DNA from: an uncultured delta proteobacterium
GTDB lineage: Bacteria > Myxococcota_A > Polyangia > Polyangiales > Polyangiaceae
DNA: 64,000 nucleotides
NCBI GenBank assembly: GCA_963696385.1
Contig: CAVOKF010000008.1
Span: 96,001 to 160,000, forward strand
Reading direction: 5' to 3'
Shown: piece by piece, positions 1 to 9,448 of the stretch
Layout of the letters: each line of letters starts with the position of its first letter
Position numbering within the stretch: the stretch's first letter is position 1
Notes under the pieces: generated by a model
Seen by the model: only the letters and a program-made list of their open reading frames with translations
Told to the model about the DNA's origin: nothing
Database searches by the model: none
Translations under genes and position numbers: made by a program

Positions 1-480
1 CGCGATCGACGCGAGGACGTCCGTCCGCTCGCCCTTCATTTCCTATCGCGCTGCGCGGCCGAACAAAGCAAAGACATCCACGGCCTGTCGGCCGAAGCGC
101 TGCGCGCGCTGGAGGCGTACGCATTTCCCGGCAACGTCCGCGAGCTCGAAAACGTCATCGAACGCGCGATCGCGCTGGCATCGGGTCCCACCATCGGGCT
201 GGGCGACCTACCTGTCGAGCTTTCGGGCGCCACCTCGCAGCCCATGCCCGCCTTGGTCGGCTTGCCGGAGGCCGGTTGCAATCTCGACGATGTCCTGGGC
301 GAGGTCGAGAGACGCCTGCTGATCCAAGCGCTCGAGCGGTCCGGGGGCGTTCGAACGCAAGCGGCGAAGCTCCTGGGGGTCACCCTGCGCAGCCTCCGGT
401 ACCGCTTCAACAAGCACTCCCTCTCCGACGGGGCCGATGATGTGGGTGACTCGGAGTCGCCCGCCGCCGACGAGGGATGA
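1..480 (+). CDS. pilR: Sigma54-dependent response regulator, C-terminal part (AAA+ end plus Fis-type HTH), 5' truncated by window edge
   Basis: Frame 1 reads RDRREDV...YAFPGNVRELENVIERA...LERSGGVRTQAAKLLGVTLRSLRYR; lies directly upstream of pilin genes and a sigma54 box. Confidence 0.8.
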   Translation, partial: RDRREDVRPLALHFLSRCAAEQSKDIHGLSAEALRALEAYAFPGNVRELENVIERAIALASGPTIGLGDLPVELSGATSQPMPALVGLPEAGCNLDDVLGEVERRLLIQALERSGGVRTQAAKLLGVTLRSLRYRFNKHSLSDGADDVGDSESPAADEG

Positions 481-759
481 ACACGCCCAGCCTGCACCGC
501 GGGCGTACCCAGCAGAGCTCGAGTGTCTTTCAACGGGGCGCTTACTGAGCTCTCCGGCCAACGCAGCGCGCCACACGGCGAGAGCCCCGCACGCGGGGAC
601 GCGACGCGCCCAAAAAGGGCACCCCAGGCACTTCGATCCCCCCGGGTGGGACGAAAATTGTCATCGCCCCGCGACGCCATCGGGATTGCGATTCCGGAAA
701 ACGCCGTAATTCGCGGTTATTCCTAGTTTGGCGACATCGCGATACGAAATCCCGCGCAC

Positions 760-775
760 TGGCACGAGCACTGCA
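760..775 (+). promoter_or_regulatory. Sigma54 (-24/-12) promoter for the pilin genes
   Basis: TGGCACGAGCACTGCA: GG at 761-762, 10 nt, GC at 773-774, matching TGGCAC-N5-TTGCA; downstream of an NtrC-family activator. Confidence 0.85.
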
Positions 776-787
776 TGTGACCCGGAC

Positions 788-1354
788 GTGGCACCACGCC
801 AAAACCGCGGCTTCACCCTCGTCGAGATGATGATCGTCGTCGTCATCATTGGCGTGCTCGCAACTCTGGCGGTGCTCGGGTACCGCCAGATCATCCAGGC
901 GTCGCACGTCTCGGAAGCCACGAACATGGTTCAAAACATTCGGGTCGCCCAGGAGGCGTATCATTCGGAGACGCAGCAATACGCGAGTCTGTCCGCGAGC
1001 ATCCCGACGACGCTCACGGGAGGCTGGTATCCGCAGAATCCTCAATACGGGATCGCGACCGGCTGGGGCGCCGCCTGCAGCGGTTGCGGAGGTACCGTCA
1101 GCTGGCAGGTGCTGCCGCTTCACGTCGACGGGCCTGTCATTTTTGGATACGCGGCGATTGCCAACTCCGGCGTGGCCACCGCACCCGCGTCCCTCTCGCC
1201 CTACAACGGGGGCAGTCTGACGATTCAGGCGCCCTCGACGGACTGGTACATCATCGGGGCCGCCGCCGACCTGGACGACAATCCTTCGGCTTGGACGAGC
1301 GTCTACGCCGTCTCATGGTCCAATCAAGTTTTCGTAAGCAACGAGGGGCTCTAA
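788..1354 (+). CDS. Type IV pilin (prepilin, N-terminal methylation motif)
   Basis: QNRG|FTLVEMMIVVVIIGVLATLA class III signal; GTG at 788 chosen because the sigma54 box lies inside the longer ORF. Confidence 0.9.
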   Translation: MAPRQNRGFTLVEMMIVVVIIGVLATLAVLGYRQIIQASHVSEATNMVQNIRVAQEAYHSETQQYASLSASIPTTLTGGWYPQNPQYGIATGWGAACSGCGGTVSWQVLPLHVDGPVIFGYAAIANSGVATAPASLSPYNGGSLTIQAPSTDWYIIGAAADLDDNPSAWTSVYAVSWSNQVFVSNEGL

Positions 1355-1388
1355 AAGCAACCACACACGTGAAAGGCAGTCCATACCC

Positions 1389-1961
1389 ATGAAACGATGG
1401 CTACGCAGTAAAGAACGAGGGTTTACATTGATCGAGCTCATGATCGTCGTCGCGATCATCGGCATTCTTGCGGTGCTCGCCATCTACGGCGTGCGCAAGT
1501 ACATCGCGAACGCGAAGACGGCCGAAGCGCGAAATTCGCTCGGTCAGATCGCGAAGGACGCGGCCACGGCGGCCGAACGCGAAAAGGGGACGTCGGCGAT
1601 CATCGGCCCAGGCTCCAACTCTGCCCTCCTGCGATCGTTCTGCACGAGTGCCACCGCGGTCCCGTCGACCGGTGTTCCCCAGGGCCAGAAGTATCAATCC
1701 CAGGCCTCGGACTGGGCCTCCGGCAGCGCCATCGGCGGCTGGCAGTGCCTGAAATTTTCGCTCGAAGAGCCTCAGTACTACCAGTACGCCTATACCTGTG
1801 CTGCGGCGAACACGTCGGCGATCAACGGCAACTTCGAGGCCGATGCCTACGGCGACTTGAACGGCAACGGCATCACGTCGGATTTCATGATCAGTGGCGT
1901 AGCCACGAGCGGATCCATCGCGATTTCTCCGAATATCCAAGAAACCAATCCGGAGGAATGA
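1389..1961 (+). CDS. pilA: Type IV major pilin
   Basis: KERG|FTLIELMIVVAIIGILAVLAIYGVRKY...KTAEAR; RBS-like GAAAGG upstream; strong hairpin after the stop. Confidence 0.9.
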   Translation: MKRWLRSKERGFTLIELMIVVAIIGILAVLAIYGVRKYIANAKTAEARNSLGQIAKDAATAAEREKGTSAIIGPGSNSALLRSFCTSATAVPSTGVPQGQKYQSQASDWASGSAIGGWQCLKFSLEEPQYYQYAYTCAAANTSAINGNFEADAYGDLNGNGITSDFMISGVATSGSIAISPNIQETNPEE

Positions 1962-1977
1962 TCCTCGGCTCATGCCC

Positions 1978-2013
1978 TTGAGGCGATCGACACCTCGGTG
2001 TCGATCGCCTCAA
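1978..2013 (+). terminator. Perfect inverted repeat after pilA (terminator or mRNA-stabilising stem)
   Basis: TTGAGGCGATCGACACC-TC-GGTGTCGATCGCCTCAA, 17-bp perfect arms, followed by TGTATTT. Confidence 0.75.
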
Positions 2014-2031
2014 TGTATTTGCCCATCGACC

Positions 2032-3702
2032 ATGACAGATCCTTTCAACCCCGATCGGGCAGGGCGCTACGCCCCATGGATCGCGGGCGTCCTCTTCGCT
2101 TTGCCGGTACTCATCGCGAGGTACCCGCCGATGGCCGATTTGCCTCTCCACGAGGCGAGCATTGGTCTATGGCGTCATTGGGGAGACAGCCGATTCGCGC
2201 CTCCCGCACTCTATTTTTTGAATCTGGGACACGCGAATCAGCTTTTTTCGTTGTTGGTCCTACCCCTTGCGTACGTGTTGCCCGTTGCCTGGGCGAGCAA
2301 GATCGTCGTCGCCGGATGTCTGCTCGCTCTTCCTTTGGCAGCCGCGCACCTGTCGACTTACTTGGAAGCGAGCCGATGGCCGGCGCTGCTCATCGCCCCA
2401 CTCGGCCTCGGATGGCTGTTCTTTTGGGGTCTCGTTCAGAACATTCTCGGACTCGTCGCCCTCCTTTGGGTGCTTCCTGCGATCGACCGCTTCGCCGCAC
2501 GCCCAACCGCCAGGGGGTCGTTGGTCGTCTGCAGCGGCATGCTGCTTCTGCATTTTGCTCACCAAGCCATGTTGCTGGTCGCGTGCATGGCGCTGGTCGT
2601 TTGCTGCGTGGGGACCTCGATGCGGCCCCGGTCTCTCGCCTGGCGCGCTGTGCCACTCGCCTTCTGCCTGACTTTGATCTTCGCGGCCCAATGGTACGCC
2701 TGGCGCGTCGCTGGACCGCGCTCGTTCGACGCGGCGCCGTATGCCTTCGTATCGTTGCAATACAAGCTGAAGTCGATCCCGGGGATCCTTTTCGGCGGAT
2801 TCGAGCTTTACATCCGAAACCTCATGATGGCGCTCGCCGCGGTACCCGTGGTGCTCTTCGCCATTGCGCGCTTCGACCGACGCGAGCTCCGCGAGATGAC
2901 ATTTTTCGAGCGAATTCATCGGTGGCGTTTCGAGTTGCTCGCACTCCTGCTCTTCTTGGTTTTTGTTGCAGCGCCGATGACGATGAGGACCACGACCCTC
3001 GTCTATCACCGCTTCTTGCCGCCCGTGTGGAGTCTCGTGGCGATTTGCGCCGCGTCGCACGGGGCCGGCGCCGCAGCGCGCCCGCTCGCACGCGGCCTGT
3101 GCGCGATCGTGCCCATCGCCTCGCTCCTGATCGCATGGCCGTCGTTCGCCGATAGTGACCGGGTGTACTCGAACTTGGATACGGTCATGGCGCCGATGCA
3201 GCCCGGAACCACCGTGATGACCCTGAATCTCGGACCCAATCCGGCATGTCGAATGTGGAGCCCGATGAACGCCATGGGTCACATCGTCGCCGTAAACGGG
3301 GGGCGCAGTCTCTTCGACTACTCCTTTTCCCCCGTCTCGCCGGTGGCACAGCGGGCGAACAAGCAATGGGTCGAACCCATCGATCGCATGGAGAAAGACG
3401 CGTTCCAATTGCGTCCGGATTGGGATTTCACGCGCTTTCGCTACGTGCTCGTCGCGACCTCGAAGCCCGGGCTGGCCGAAGCCGTTAGGATGGTGCTGCA
3501 AAACGACGCCACCCTTTTGGCCGCAAAGGGGGACTGGTACTTGTTCGAATCGCGTCTCGCGCTCGTTGCCTTCGACTCCGACGACGCTCCGCTGCCGACT
3601 CCGCCACCGCCGACCCTGCACAAATTGTTACGAGACTTTGCGCGCGAGATCGAAGAGACGGAGCGATGGGATTCGGACCTCGGGGGCTTGAATGCTCACT
3701 GA
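2032..3702 (+). CDS. Polytopic membrane protein, putative GT-C-fold glycosyltransferase
   Basis: About 10-12 hydrophobic segments, acidic DLPLHE motif in the first external loop, soluble C-terminal domain; similar to the 62491-64000 paralog. Confidence 0.55.
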   Translation: MTDPFNPDRAGRYAPWIAGVLFALPVLIARYPPMADLPLHEASIGLWRHWGDSRFAPPALYFLNLGHANQLFSLLVLPLAYVLPVAWASKIVVAGCLLALPLAAAHLSTYLEASRWPALLIAPLGLGWLFFWGLVQNILGLVALLWVLPAIDRFAARPTARGSLVVCSGMLLLHFAHQAMLLVACMALVVCCVGTSMRPRSLAWRAVPLAFCLTLIFAAQWYAWRVAGPRSFDAAPYAFVSLQYKLKSIPGILFGGFELYIRNLMMALAAVPVVLFAIARFDRRELREMTFFERIHRWRFELLALLLFLVFVAAPMTMRTTTLVYHRFLPPVWSLVAICAASHGAGAAARPLARGLCAIVPIASLLIAWPSFADSDRVYSNLDTVMAPMQPGTTVMTLNLGPNPACRMWSPMNAMGHIVAVNGGRSLFDYSFSPVSPVAQRANKQWVEPIDRMEKDAFQLRPDWDFTRFRYVLVATSKPGLAEAVRMVLQNDATLLAAKGDWYLFESRLALVAFDSDDAPLPTPPPPTLHKLLRDFAREIEETERWDSDLGGLNAH

Positions 3703-3717
3703 ACGACCCGCCTCCCC

Positions 3718-4497
3718 ATGAATGACCGATCCGAGGTGCAAGCGGCGAACGCCGAGCGCTGGTCGGCCGATGACGACGGCTGGCGCGGCTACCGACGGGT
3801 CGGCTCGGGGATCGTCCTGGACGATCGCGTCAAGACGACACTCGACCTGCTGCTTCCTGCGCCCAACGGCGCGATGCTCGATGTCGGGTGCGCAACGGGT
3901 GTCATCACGGAGCTCATGGCGCGCCGAACGGGCGTCGCCAGCGTGGTCGGCGTCGACTTCGTGGCCATCGAGGGCACGCCCGTAAACGTCCAGGCGGTGA
4001 ATCTCGACTCGAACGATCCTCTTCCTTACCCCGACGCGGTCTTCGACGTCGTTACCTGTCTCGAGACGCTCGAGCACGTGCACGACACCGACCAACTCGT
4101 TGCCGAACTGCGCCGTGTTCTAAAGCCCGACGGGTACGCCGTACTCTCTGTACCCCGCATTGATGGGCTGTTGACGGCAGGGATGCTGCTACTCGGAATG
4201 CAACCGCCCGCGATTGACTGCTCGCTCCGGCATCGATACGGAGCGCCGGAGCCGGGCGCGCGCGTCTCCGGGCACGTATCCCATTTCACGAGGCGGGCCT
4301 TTGAGCAACTGCTCACCGCGCAAGGACTCCGCATCGAAGCCTTCGCCCAAGCGGGCATCTACACGAGTTGGCTACTGGCTTCGGACAGGCCGGCCCTGTG
4401 GAAAAGGATCCCTTTATGGGCGCTCTCGCGGCTGCCGTGCAAACAGGACGTCCAAATTGTCCGGGCCCGGCCGATGCTGGCCGCGGCGGCAAGATAG
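3718..4497 (+). CDS. Class I SAM-dependent methyltransferase
   Basis: MLDVGCATG motif I; LPYPDAVFDVVTCLETLEHV; RVLKPDG. Confidence 0.9.
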   Translation: MNDRSEVQAANAERWSADDDGWRGYRRVGSGIVLDDRVKTTLDLLLPAPNGAMLDVGCATGVITELMARRTGVASVVGVDFVAIEGTPVNVQAVNLDSNDPLPYPDAVFDVVTCLETLEHVHDTDQLVAELRRVLKPDGYAVLSVPRIDGLLTAGMLLLGMQPPAIDCSLRHRYGAPEPGARVSGHVSHFTRRAFEQLLTAQGLRIEAFAQAGIYTSWLLASDRPALWKRIPLWALSRLPCKQDVQIVRARPMLAAAAR

Positions 4498-4535
4498 ACA
4501 GACTCCACGCGGGCCCGGCAGCCTCATCGGCGCAA

Positions 4536-5432
4536 TCACGGCGCGCGCAACTCCAGGCGACGACGCGCCTGCGGCGTGCGCGGACGCCTGTCGACCACGA
4601 ACGCATGCAAGTGAGCCATTCGCTCGACGAGCTTGCCGGTCGCGCCTTCGAACGCCGGATGACGCAGAAGCGCTGGCAGGAGCTCATCGAGCCAGCCGGG
4701 CCCGCCAAAATAAGGCCAACGTTCGGGGCCATAGACATACTTCGCCGACAAGCGTGCTCCGCGCTCGGGCGGCGCGAATCGCGCCCCGCCCCGGACCACG
4801 AACAGCTGCTTCAGCCGATCCGCCAGACTCTGACCGGGAGCGACGGGTAGATCGGGCCACCATGGCGCATCGAAGTACACGTGCTCGCGAACACGGCCCA
4901 ACCGCCAAAGCGCCGGCGCGAGAGTGTCGGTCCTCCATACAGCCGGCGCCGACGCCCCTCCGAGAACACGTACGGCTGTAAAGCCCCAATTGCTCGGATT
5001 GCACGTTGCCACAATGAGCACTTTGCGAGCGAGCTCACCCAACGTCGACAGGTACCCGCGCCAATCTCGAACGAAAGGCAACGCGTGATAGACGAGGACC
5101 AGGTCGCTCGCCGGCAGTTCACCGACGCGTGCAAGGTCGTCGATCACGCGAACCTCCGCGTGGCCGCCCGGCGCCGCCGCCGCGTAAACGCTGCGCGCCG
5201 TCGACGCAGCCTGCTCCGAAGCCACGGCCGCGATGACCCGCACGCCTCGCTGAGCGAGTCCGACAGAATGGACGCCGCGAATACCCGCCATGCCATCGAC
5301 GGGTCCTTCGAGAGCGCTTTCGACCTCGTACTCGTCGGCCCAGGCCCGCATTCGCTGGTAGAAGCACCATCGCTCGTACGCGGTTCCCAACCCCCGGTCG
5401 TTGGCGATCGCCTGCGTGGCCAACGAGTTCAT
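4536..5432 (-). CDS. Hypothetical protein, possibly divergent SAM-methyltransferase fold
   Basis: ALEGPVDGMAGIRG glycine-rich segment, SDLVLVYHALPFV resembling MTase motif II/III; 4-bp overlap with upstream gene. Confidence 0.5.
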   Translation of the reverse strand: MNSLATQAIANDRGLGTAYERWCFYQRMRAWADEYEVESALEGPVDGMAGIRGVHSVGLAQRGVRVIAAVASEQAASTARSVYAAAAPGGHAEVRVIDDLARVGELPASDLVLVYHALPFVRDWRGYLSTLGELARKVLIVATCNPSNWGFTAVRVLGGASAPAVWRTDTLAPALWRLGRVREHVYFDAPWWPDLPVAPGQSLADRLKQLFVVRGGARFAPPERGARLSAKYVYGPERWPYFGGPGWLDELLPALLRHPAFEGATGKLVERMAHLHAFVVDRRPRTPQARRRLELRAP

Positions 5433-6232
5433 CGAAATCCGGCCTTCGTCATTGAGCCGCGGGGCACGTCGCGGTCCATCTCACAAAGATACAGAAACCC
5501 TAGCGCGAATGCGCCCGGCATCCGTTCGTGCAGCCGAGGTGTCGTCACGACGCGCGTGAGCCACGGCGGCAGTCGGAATTTCGAATCGGTGAAGCGCTCG
5601 GGGAAGTAATAATGGCGCTCCACGACTCGAAACCCATTGGCGTCGATGAAGCGCTCGAAAAGCGACTTGGAAAAGAGCCGTACATGGTTCGAGAACAGTT
5701 CGTCGGCCCCATGAGCCGTGTCCATGATGTCGACGAATTCTCCCGAAAGAAAAATAAGTCGATTGAAGAGGTTCAGCGTGTTGGGCACGCACAGAAGCGC
5801 CGCGCCATCGCGTCGCAGCACCCGACGAATCTCACCCAGCAAGCGGCCGGGGGCAAAAACATGCTCGAATACGTCGTAGCAGAGCACGACGTCGAATTCG
5901 CCGTCGGAAAAAGGCAGATCCTCGGTTTCGAGGTCGACGGCTCGTCCTTCGATGCCTCTCGCCGCGAGCGATCGGACAGCGTCGCCGGACATTTCGACGC
6001 CGCACAGCCGACGCCCCGGCGAACGCAGCGCCGAAAGCACTTGACCGCTGCCGCATCCGACGTCGAGGAGCGACCGCGCCGCCCTCACGCGTGGATGGGT
6101 GCGCGTGACGTCTGTCTTCCACCGCACGTGTTCCGCCGTGACCAAACCCGGAGAGCGCCAGTAGTCGCGATAGTAGTCACCCCGCTGCTTCGTTGCGGCG
6201 TCTCCATGGGCTTCGGCGTCCGTCCGGATCAT
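5429..6232 (-). CDS. Class I SAM-dependent methyltransferase
   Basis: LLDVGCGSG; LPFSDGEFDVVLCYDVFEHV; ATG overlaps the radical SAM stop (ATGA). Confidence 0.9.
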   Translation of the reverse strand: MIRTDAEAHGDAATKQRGDYYRDYWRSPGLVTAEHVRWKTDVTRTHPRVRAARSLLDVGCGSGQVLSALRSPGRRLCGVEMSGDAVRSLAARGIEGRAVDLETEDLPFSDGEFDVVLCYDVFEHVFAPGRLLGEIRRVLRRDGAALLCVPNTLNLFNRLIFLSGEFVDIMDTAHGADELFSNHVRLFSKSLFERFIDANGFRVVERHYYFPERFTDSKFRLPPWLTRVVTTPRLHERMPGAFALGFLYLCEMDRDVPRGSMTKAGFR

Positions 6233-7320
6233 ACGCCCAACATATTGCCCGCCACTCTTGCGAGCGACGGGGCGTCGAGCAGCAGATTCGTGTAGCTCGC
6301 GTTGGCGAGCGGGCACGCGCACTCGTGAGCGCGAACACTGGCGCGAAACGCGTCGGCCTGCGGGCCGAACCAAAGCTTGCCGAAATCGTAGCCGTGATCG
6401 CGCAGGTTGCCGACCGATTCGGCCCGGACGCAGCAACCCCAGACATGACCATCGGGCGCGATCTGGGCGCTCGCCCAGCCGGCGTAGCAATCGATGACCT
6501 GCCGTCGTTGCTCGAGAATGCGTGCCGAAAGCTCGTAGTATTCCAAGCGAAGCGACTCGACCAGGCGCGCCACGGGGTGCGTCGACCGATGGGAGCGGAT
6601 GGCGTTGCTCAGGTGCTGCACCGCTCGGCGGTAGTCGGCCGAATCGGGAGTGATGGGCTTGTCCATCGTCTTGAGTTCGACGCGATTTTCGGCCACTTCG
6701 GCGATGTACGAGTCGGGGCGGAAAATGGCGCGAGCTTCGCGTTCAATCTCCGGAATTCTGTGGACGTTGAATTTCGAAATGACGGTGTGCACTCCCAGAA
6801 CGACGTGGGGGTACGTTTTTTTCAGGTCGTGAATCAGGTCCGCGACAAGCTTCAGTTTTTCGAAGTTGCGGTCGGCGCCCCGGATGCGATCGTGCGCCTC
6901 GCCGATCTCGTCGACGGACAGGTTCAACACCAGCTGCGATCCCAGCGTGTAGTGCGCAATCTTCGGGAGCAGCTGGAAGATCCGCTCGGTGATGATTCCG
7001 TTCATCGGAATGTTCACGATGCCTGGCTCGATCTGCGTGCGAACCAGGCGCACGACCTCGTCGAAGTCCGCGCGGACGAACTGATCGCCGCCCGAGAGCG
7101 TGACCCAAACGGGGACCTTGCCGAGACTCGGGAAAATGCGCGCGTACTCGTCGACCGAGAGATCGTCGACTTTCTTCTGCCAAATGTCGCACGTGGCGCA
7201 GCGCGAGGGGCACGAGTACGTGACCGAGACGGTCAAGTTGACCGGAAGCTGCTTGGGCGCCCCGGCCGCGTGCGCCGCGCGGTACCCGGCGAGCCGGGCG
7301 ATGAGCGGCAGCTTTCTCAC
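6229..7320 (-). CDS. Radical SAM protein with SPASM/twitch domain
   Basis: CPSRCATC (CxxxCxxC), TLSGGD, C-terminal CYAG...IAPDGHVWGCC...CACPLAN; GTG start overlaps GT2 stop. Confidence 0.9.
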   Translation of the reverse strand: MRKLPLIARLAGYRAAHAAGAPKQLPVNLTVSVTYSCPSRCATCDIWQKKVDDLSVDEYARIFPSLGKVPVWVTLSGGDQFVRADFDEVVRLVRTQIEPGIVNIPMNGIITERIFQLLPKIAHYTLGSQLVLNLSVDEIGEAHDRIRGADRNFEKLKLVADLIHDLKKTYPHVVLGVHTVISKFNVHRIPEIEREARAIFRPDSYIAEVAENRVELKTMDKPITPDSADYRRAVQHLSNAIRSHRSTHPVARLVESLRLEYYELSARILEQRRQVIDCYAGWASAQIAPDGHVWGCCVRAESVGNLRDHGYDFGKLWFGPQADAFRASVRAHECACPLANASYTNLLLDAPSLARVAGNMLGV

Positions 7321-8303
7321 GGTCTCTTCTCCGTGGGCCGCCTCTCCGGCGGATCCGGCCGCGCGGAGAGACGGCGGGGCCGCTCTTCTGGGGCGCCGGC
7401 GCCGTTGGCGCCGGCCAGCGACTTGGTCGATTGCAAAACGCGCCACGTGCGGTGCTTGCCCCCCACGACCCGCGCATCCCAGAAACCCAAGGCGCGTGCG
7501 GCGAGCTCCGTGCCGATGGCGGCGCCCAGCGCGATCTTGCCGAAGCGATCTTCTCGATGGGCCACCTTCAGGGTCGCGCGCGCCAAAAGGCCACGGTCGA
7601 GGGTGGCTACCTCGTAGCCGAAGGCAAAGTCGAGCCAATAGTGTCCGCGGGCGATGCGCCTGCGTTGCTCGAAGTATTCGCCGAGCGTCTCGGGGCCGTG
7701 ATTGGTCACGATCGCGTCCGAGACGTACCCGAGCTTATAGCCCTTGGCGCGAACGATGTCTTCGATGGAAGCCTCGTCGACGACCGACAGCTCGCTCACG
7801 TATTCGACCAGGTGGGCACGAAACGCGACGATTTCGCCCATCTTGGGAACTTCGAGCGAGACCTGATGGTGAAGGTCCCAGAGCAGCTTGACCATTCGGC
7901 CGACGAGCTTCGACGCGTCGTTGTTCGGAGTCGGCCGGCCTCCGACCATGCCGAAATCGGGGTTCTGGCGGAGGGCAAGCGTCAGTTTTTCGACGACGTC
8001 CGGCTGCAAGTCCAGATCGGCGCTGCACACCACGATGACTTCGGCGCGGGGGTCGCGGAGCTTCAGGTAGGCGTTGATCGCCGCGACCTTTCCCTCTCGC
8101 CGCTCTTGCACATGAACGTGCATGCCGGGCCGACCGCGACCCACGTCGCGCGCGACGTCGGCCGTGTCGTCCGTGCATCCGCTGGCCACCACGACGATCT
8201 CGAGAATGCGTGCCACCGCGACTTGCTGTTCGACGAGAGAGGTGAGCAACCGACGGATGTTGGCGCCCTCGTTGTGCGCCGGCACGACGATCGAAACGTT
8301 CAT
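7317..8303 (-). CDS. Glycosyltransferase family 2
   Basis: MNVSIVVPAHNEG, SGCTDDT, GKVAAIN, SAD (DxD-like), QRRRI. Confidence 0.9.
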   Translation of the reverse strand: MNVSIVVPAHNEGANIRRLLTSLVEQQVAVARILEIVVVASGCTDDTADVARDVGRGRPGMHVHVQERREGKVAAINAYLKLRDPRAEVIVVCSADLDLQPDVVEKLTLALRQNPDFGMVGGRPTPNNDASKLVGRMVKLLWDLHHQVSLEVPKMGEIVAFRAHLVEYVSELSVVDEASIEDIVRAKGYKLGYVSDAIVTNHGPETLGEYFEQRRRIARGHYWLDFAFGYEVATLDRGLLARATLKVAHREDRFGKIALGAAIGTELAARALGFWDARVVGGKHRTWRVLQSTKSLAGANGAGAPEERPRRLSARPDPPERRPTEKRP

Positions 8304-9448
8304 ATGGTTTCGGCCGGATCGGCCTCGGCGGGCTGGGCGGATGCGCTGCCGTGGGTCATGTGCAAGATCGCCCCGGCCACGGCGGAAAGATACCAGAAGA
8401 AGCGAAACATGAGACACACGGCCAGCGCCACGCCGGGAGCGAGCCCGGCGAGCCCGAAGAAGAAGACGTAGGCGGCGTCGGCCGTGCCCCATCCTCCCGG
8501 TAGCGCCGGCACGGCGCTCACGATGAAGGCCATGGCCGTGCCCACGTACACCCATGTTTCATCCGCCGGGACCCCTCCGACGGCAAAGACGAGGCCGCGA
8601 ACGACCGCAAATTGGACGGCCGCGACCACGACACTCAGCAAGACGGCGATCGCGACCGCGTGCGGGGCCCGGCGATCGCGAATGTAGGTGAGAATCGGCG
8701 ACAGCAGTGGGCCGAGCCTCGTCGTGGCGAGCCATGCGGGCCGCCGGGCTTCGCCGAATCGATCGCTCCGGAGCCCGATGAAGCCACCGAGCACCGCCGC
8801 GGGGATGAACGCGAGCACGGCTTCGAGAGGCCCCGCGGCCACGACGACGGAACGGCTGCGAAGCGCGTACCCCAGCGCCGCCGCGAGAGCCGCGATGACC
8901 GAAAGGCCAATCGCACGGTCGAGCAGCACCGACGCCACGACAATCGCCGCCTTCGACCGCGCGGCGCCCGGCCGCGGGGCCAGGGCCAGCACCGAACCGA
9001 TTCGCAAGGCATCTCCCCCGAGCCCACCCGGAAGCAAGACGCCACCCGCCTGGGCTTCGACCGAAATCCGCCACACCGTGCCGAGCGCGAGATCGACCCC
9101 GGCGAATCCGAGCAGCGCCCTCCAGCGGGCCGCCCAAGCCAGGGTTCCGGCGGCGTACAGCGCCAAGAGCGCCACGAGCACGCCCAAGCGCGCGCGCGCA
9201 AACGTCGATTCCAGCCCCGGTTCGCATCGGAGCCGAGCGCACTCGGCCGAGCCGAGGGTCACGGGACCCGATCGCACATGCAGAATGCATTGCGCACCGG
9301 TGCGCGAAACCGGCGCGCGAGTGGACGTGGGCGCAAGGGGATCCCAGCAACGGTCACGGACCGGAATGATCCACGCGACGAAGCCGAAGGCGGCGAGCGC
9401 CACGACCCATCGGACGATCCACCCGTGGCCCCGACGCATGCGCGTCAC
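8300..9448 (-). CDS. Lysylphosphatidylglycerol-synthase TM / flippase-like (UPF0104) membrane protein
   Basis: ARWRALL, LLPGGLGGDALR, SVLLDRAIG, PALPGGWGTADAA family motifs. Confidence 0.8.
   Translation of the reverse strand: MTRMRRGHGWIVRWVVALAAFGFVAWIIPVRDRCWDPLAPTSTRAPVSRTGAQCILHVRSGPVTLGSAECARLRCEPGLESTFARARLGVLVALLALYAAGTLAWAARWRALLGFAGVDLALGTVWRISVEAQAGGVLLPGGLGGDALRIGSVLALAPRPGAARSKAAIVVASVLLDRAIGLSVIAALAAALGYALRSRSVVVAAGPLEAVLAFIPAAVLGGFIGLRSDRFGEARRPAWLATTRLGPLLSPILTYIRDRRAPHAVAIAVLLSVVVAAVQFAVVRGLVFAVGGVPADETWVYVGTAMAFIVSAVPALPGGWGTADAAYVFFFGLAGLAPGVALAVCLMFRFFWYLSAVAGAILHMTHGSASAQPAEADPAETI

Noticed and set aside
650..662. GAC-N7-GTC palindrome as a PilR binding site
   Set aside because: Position fits an enhancer but the motif is too short to support
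6229..7320. RiPP cluster around the radical SAM/SPASM gene
   Set aside because: No precursor peptide, RRE, peptidase or exporter seen; context is sugar-modifying
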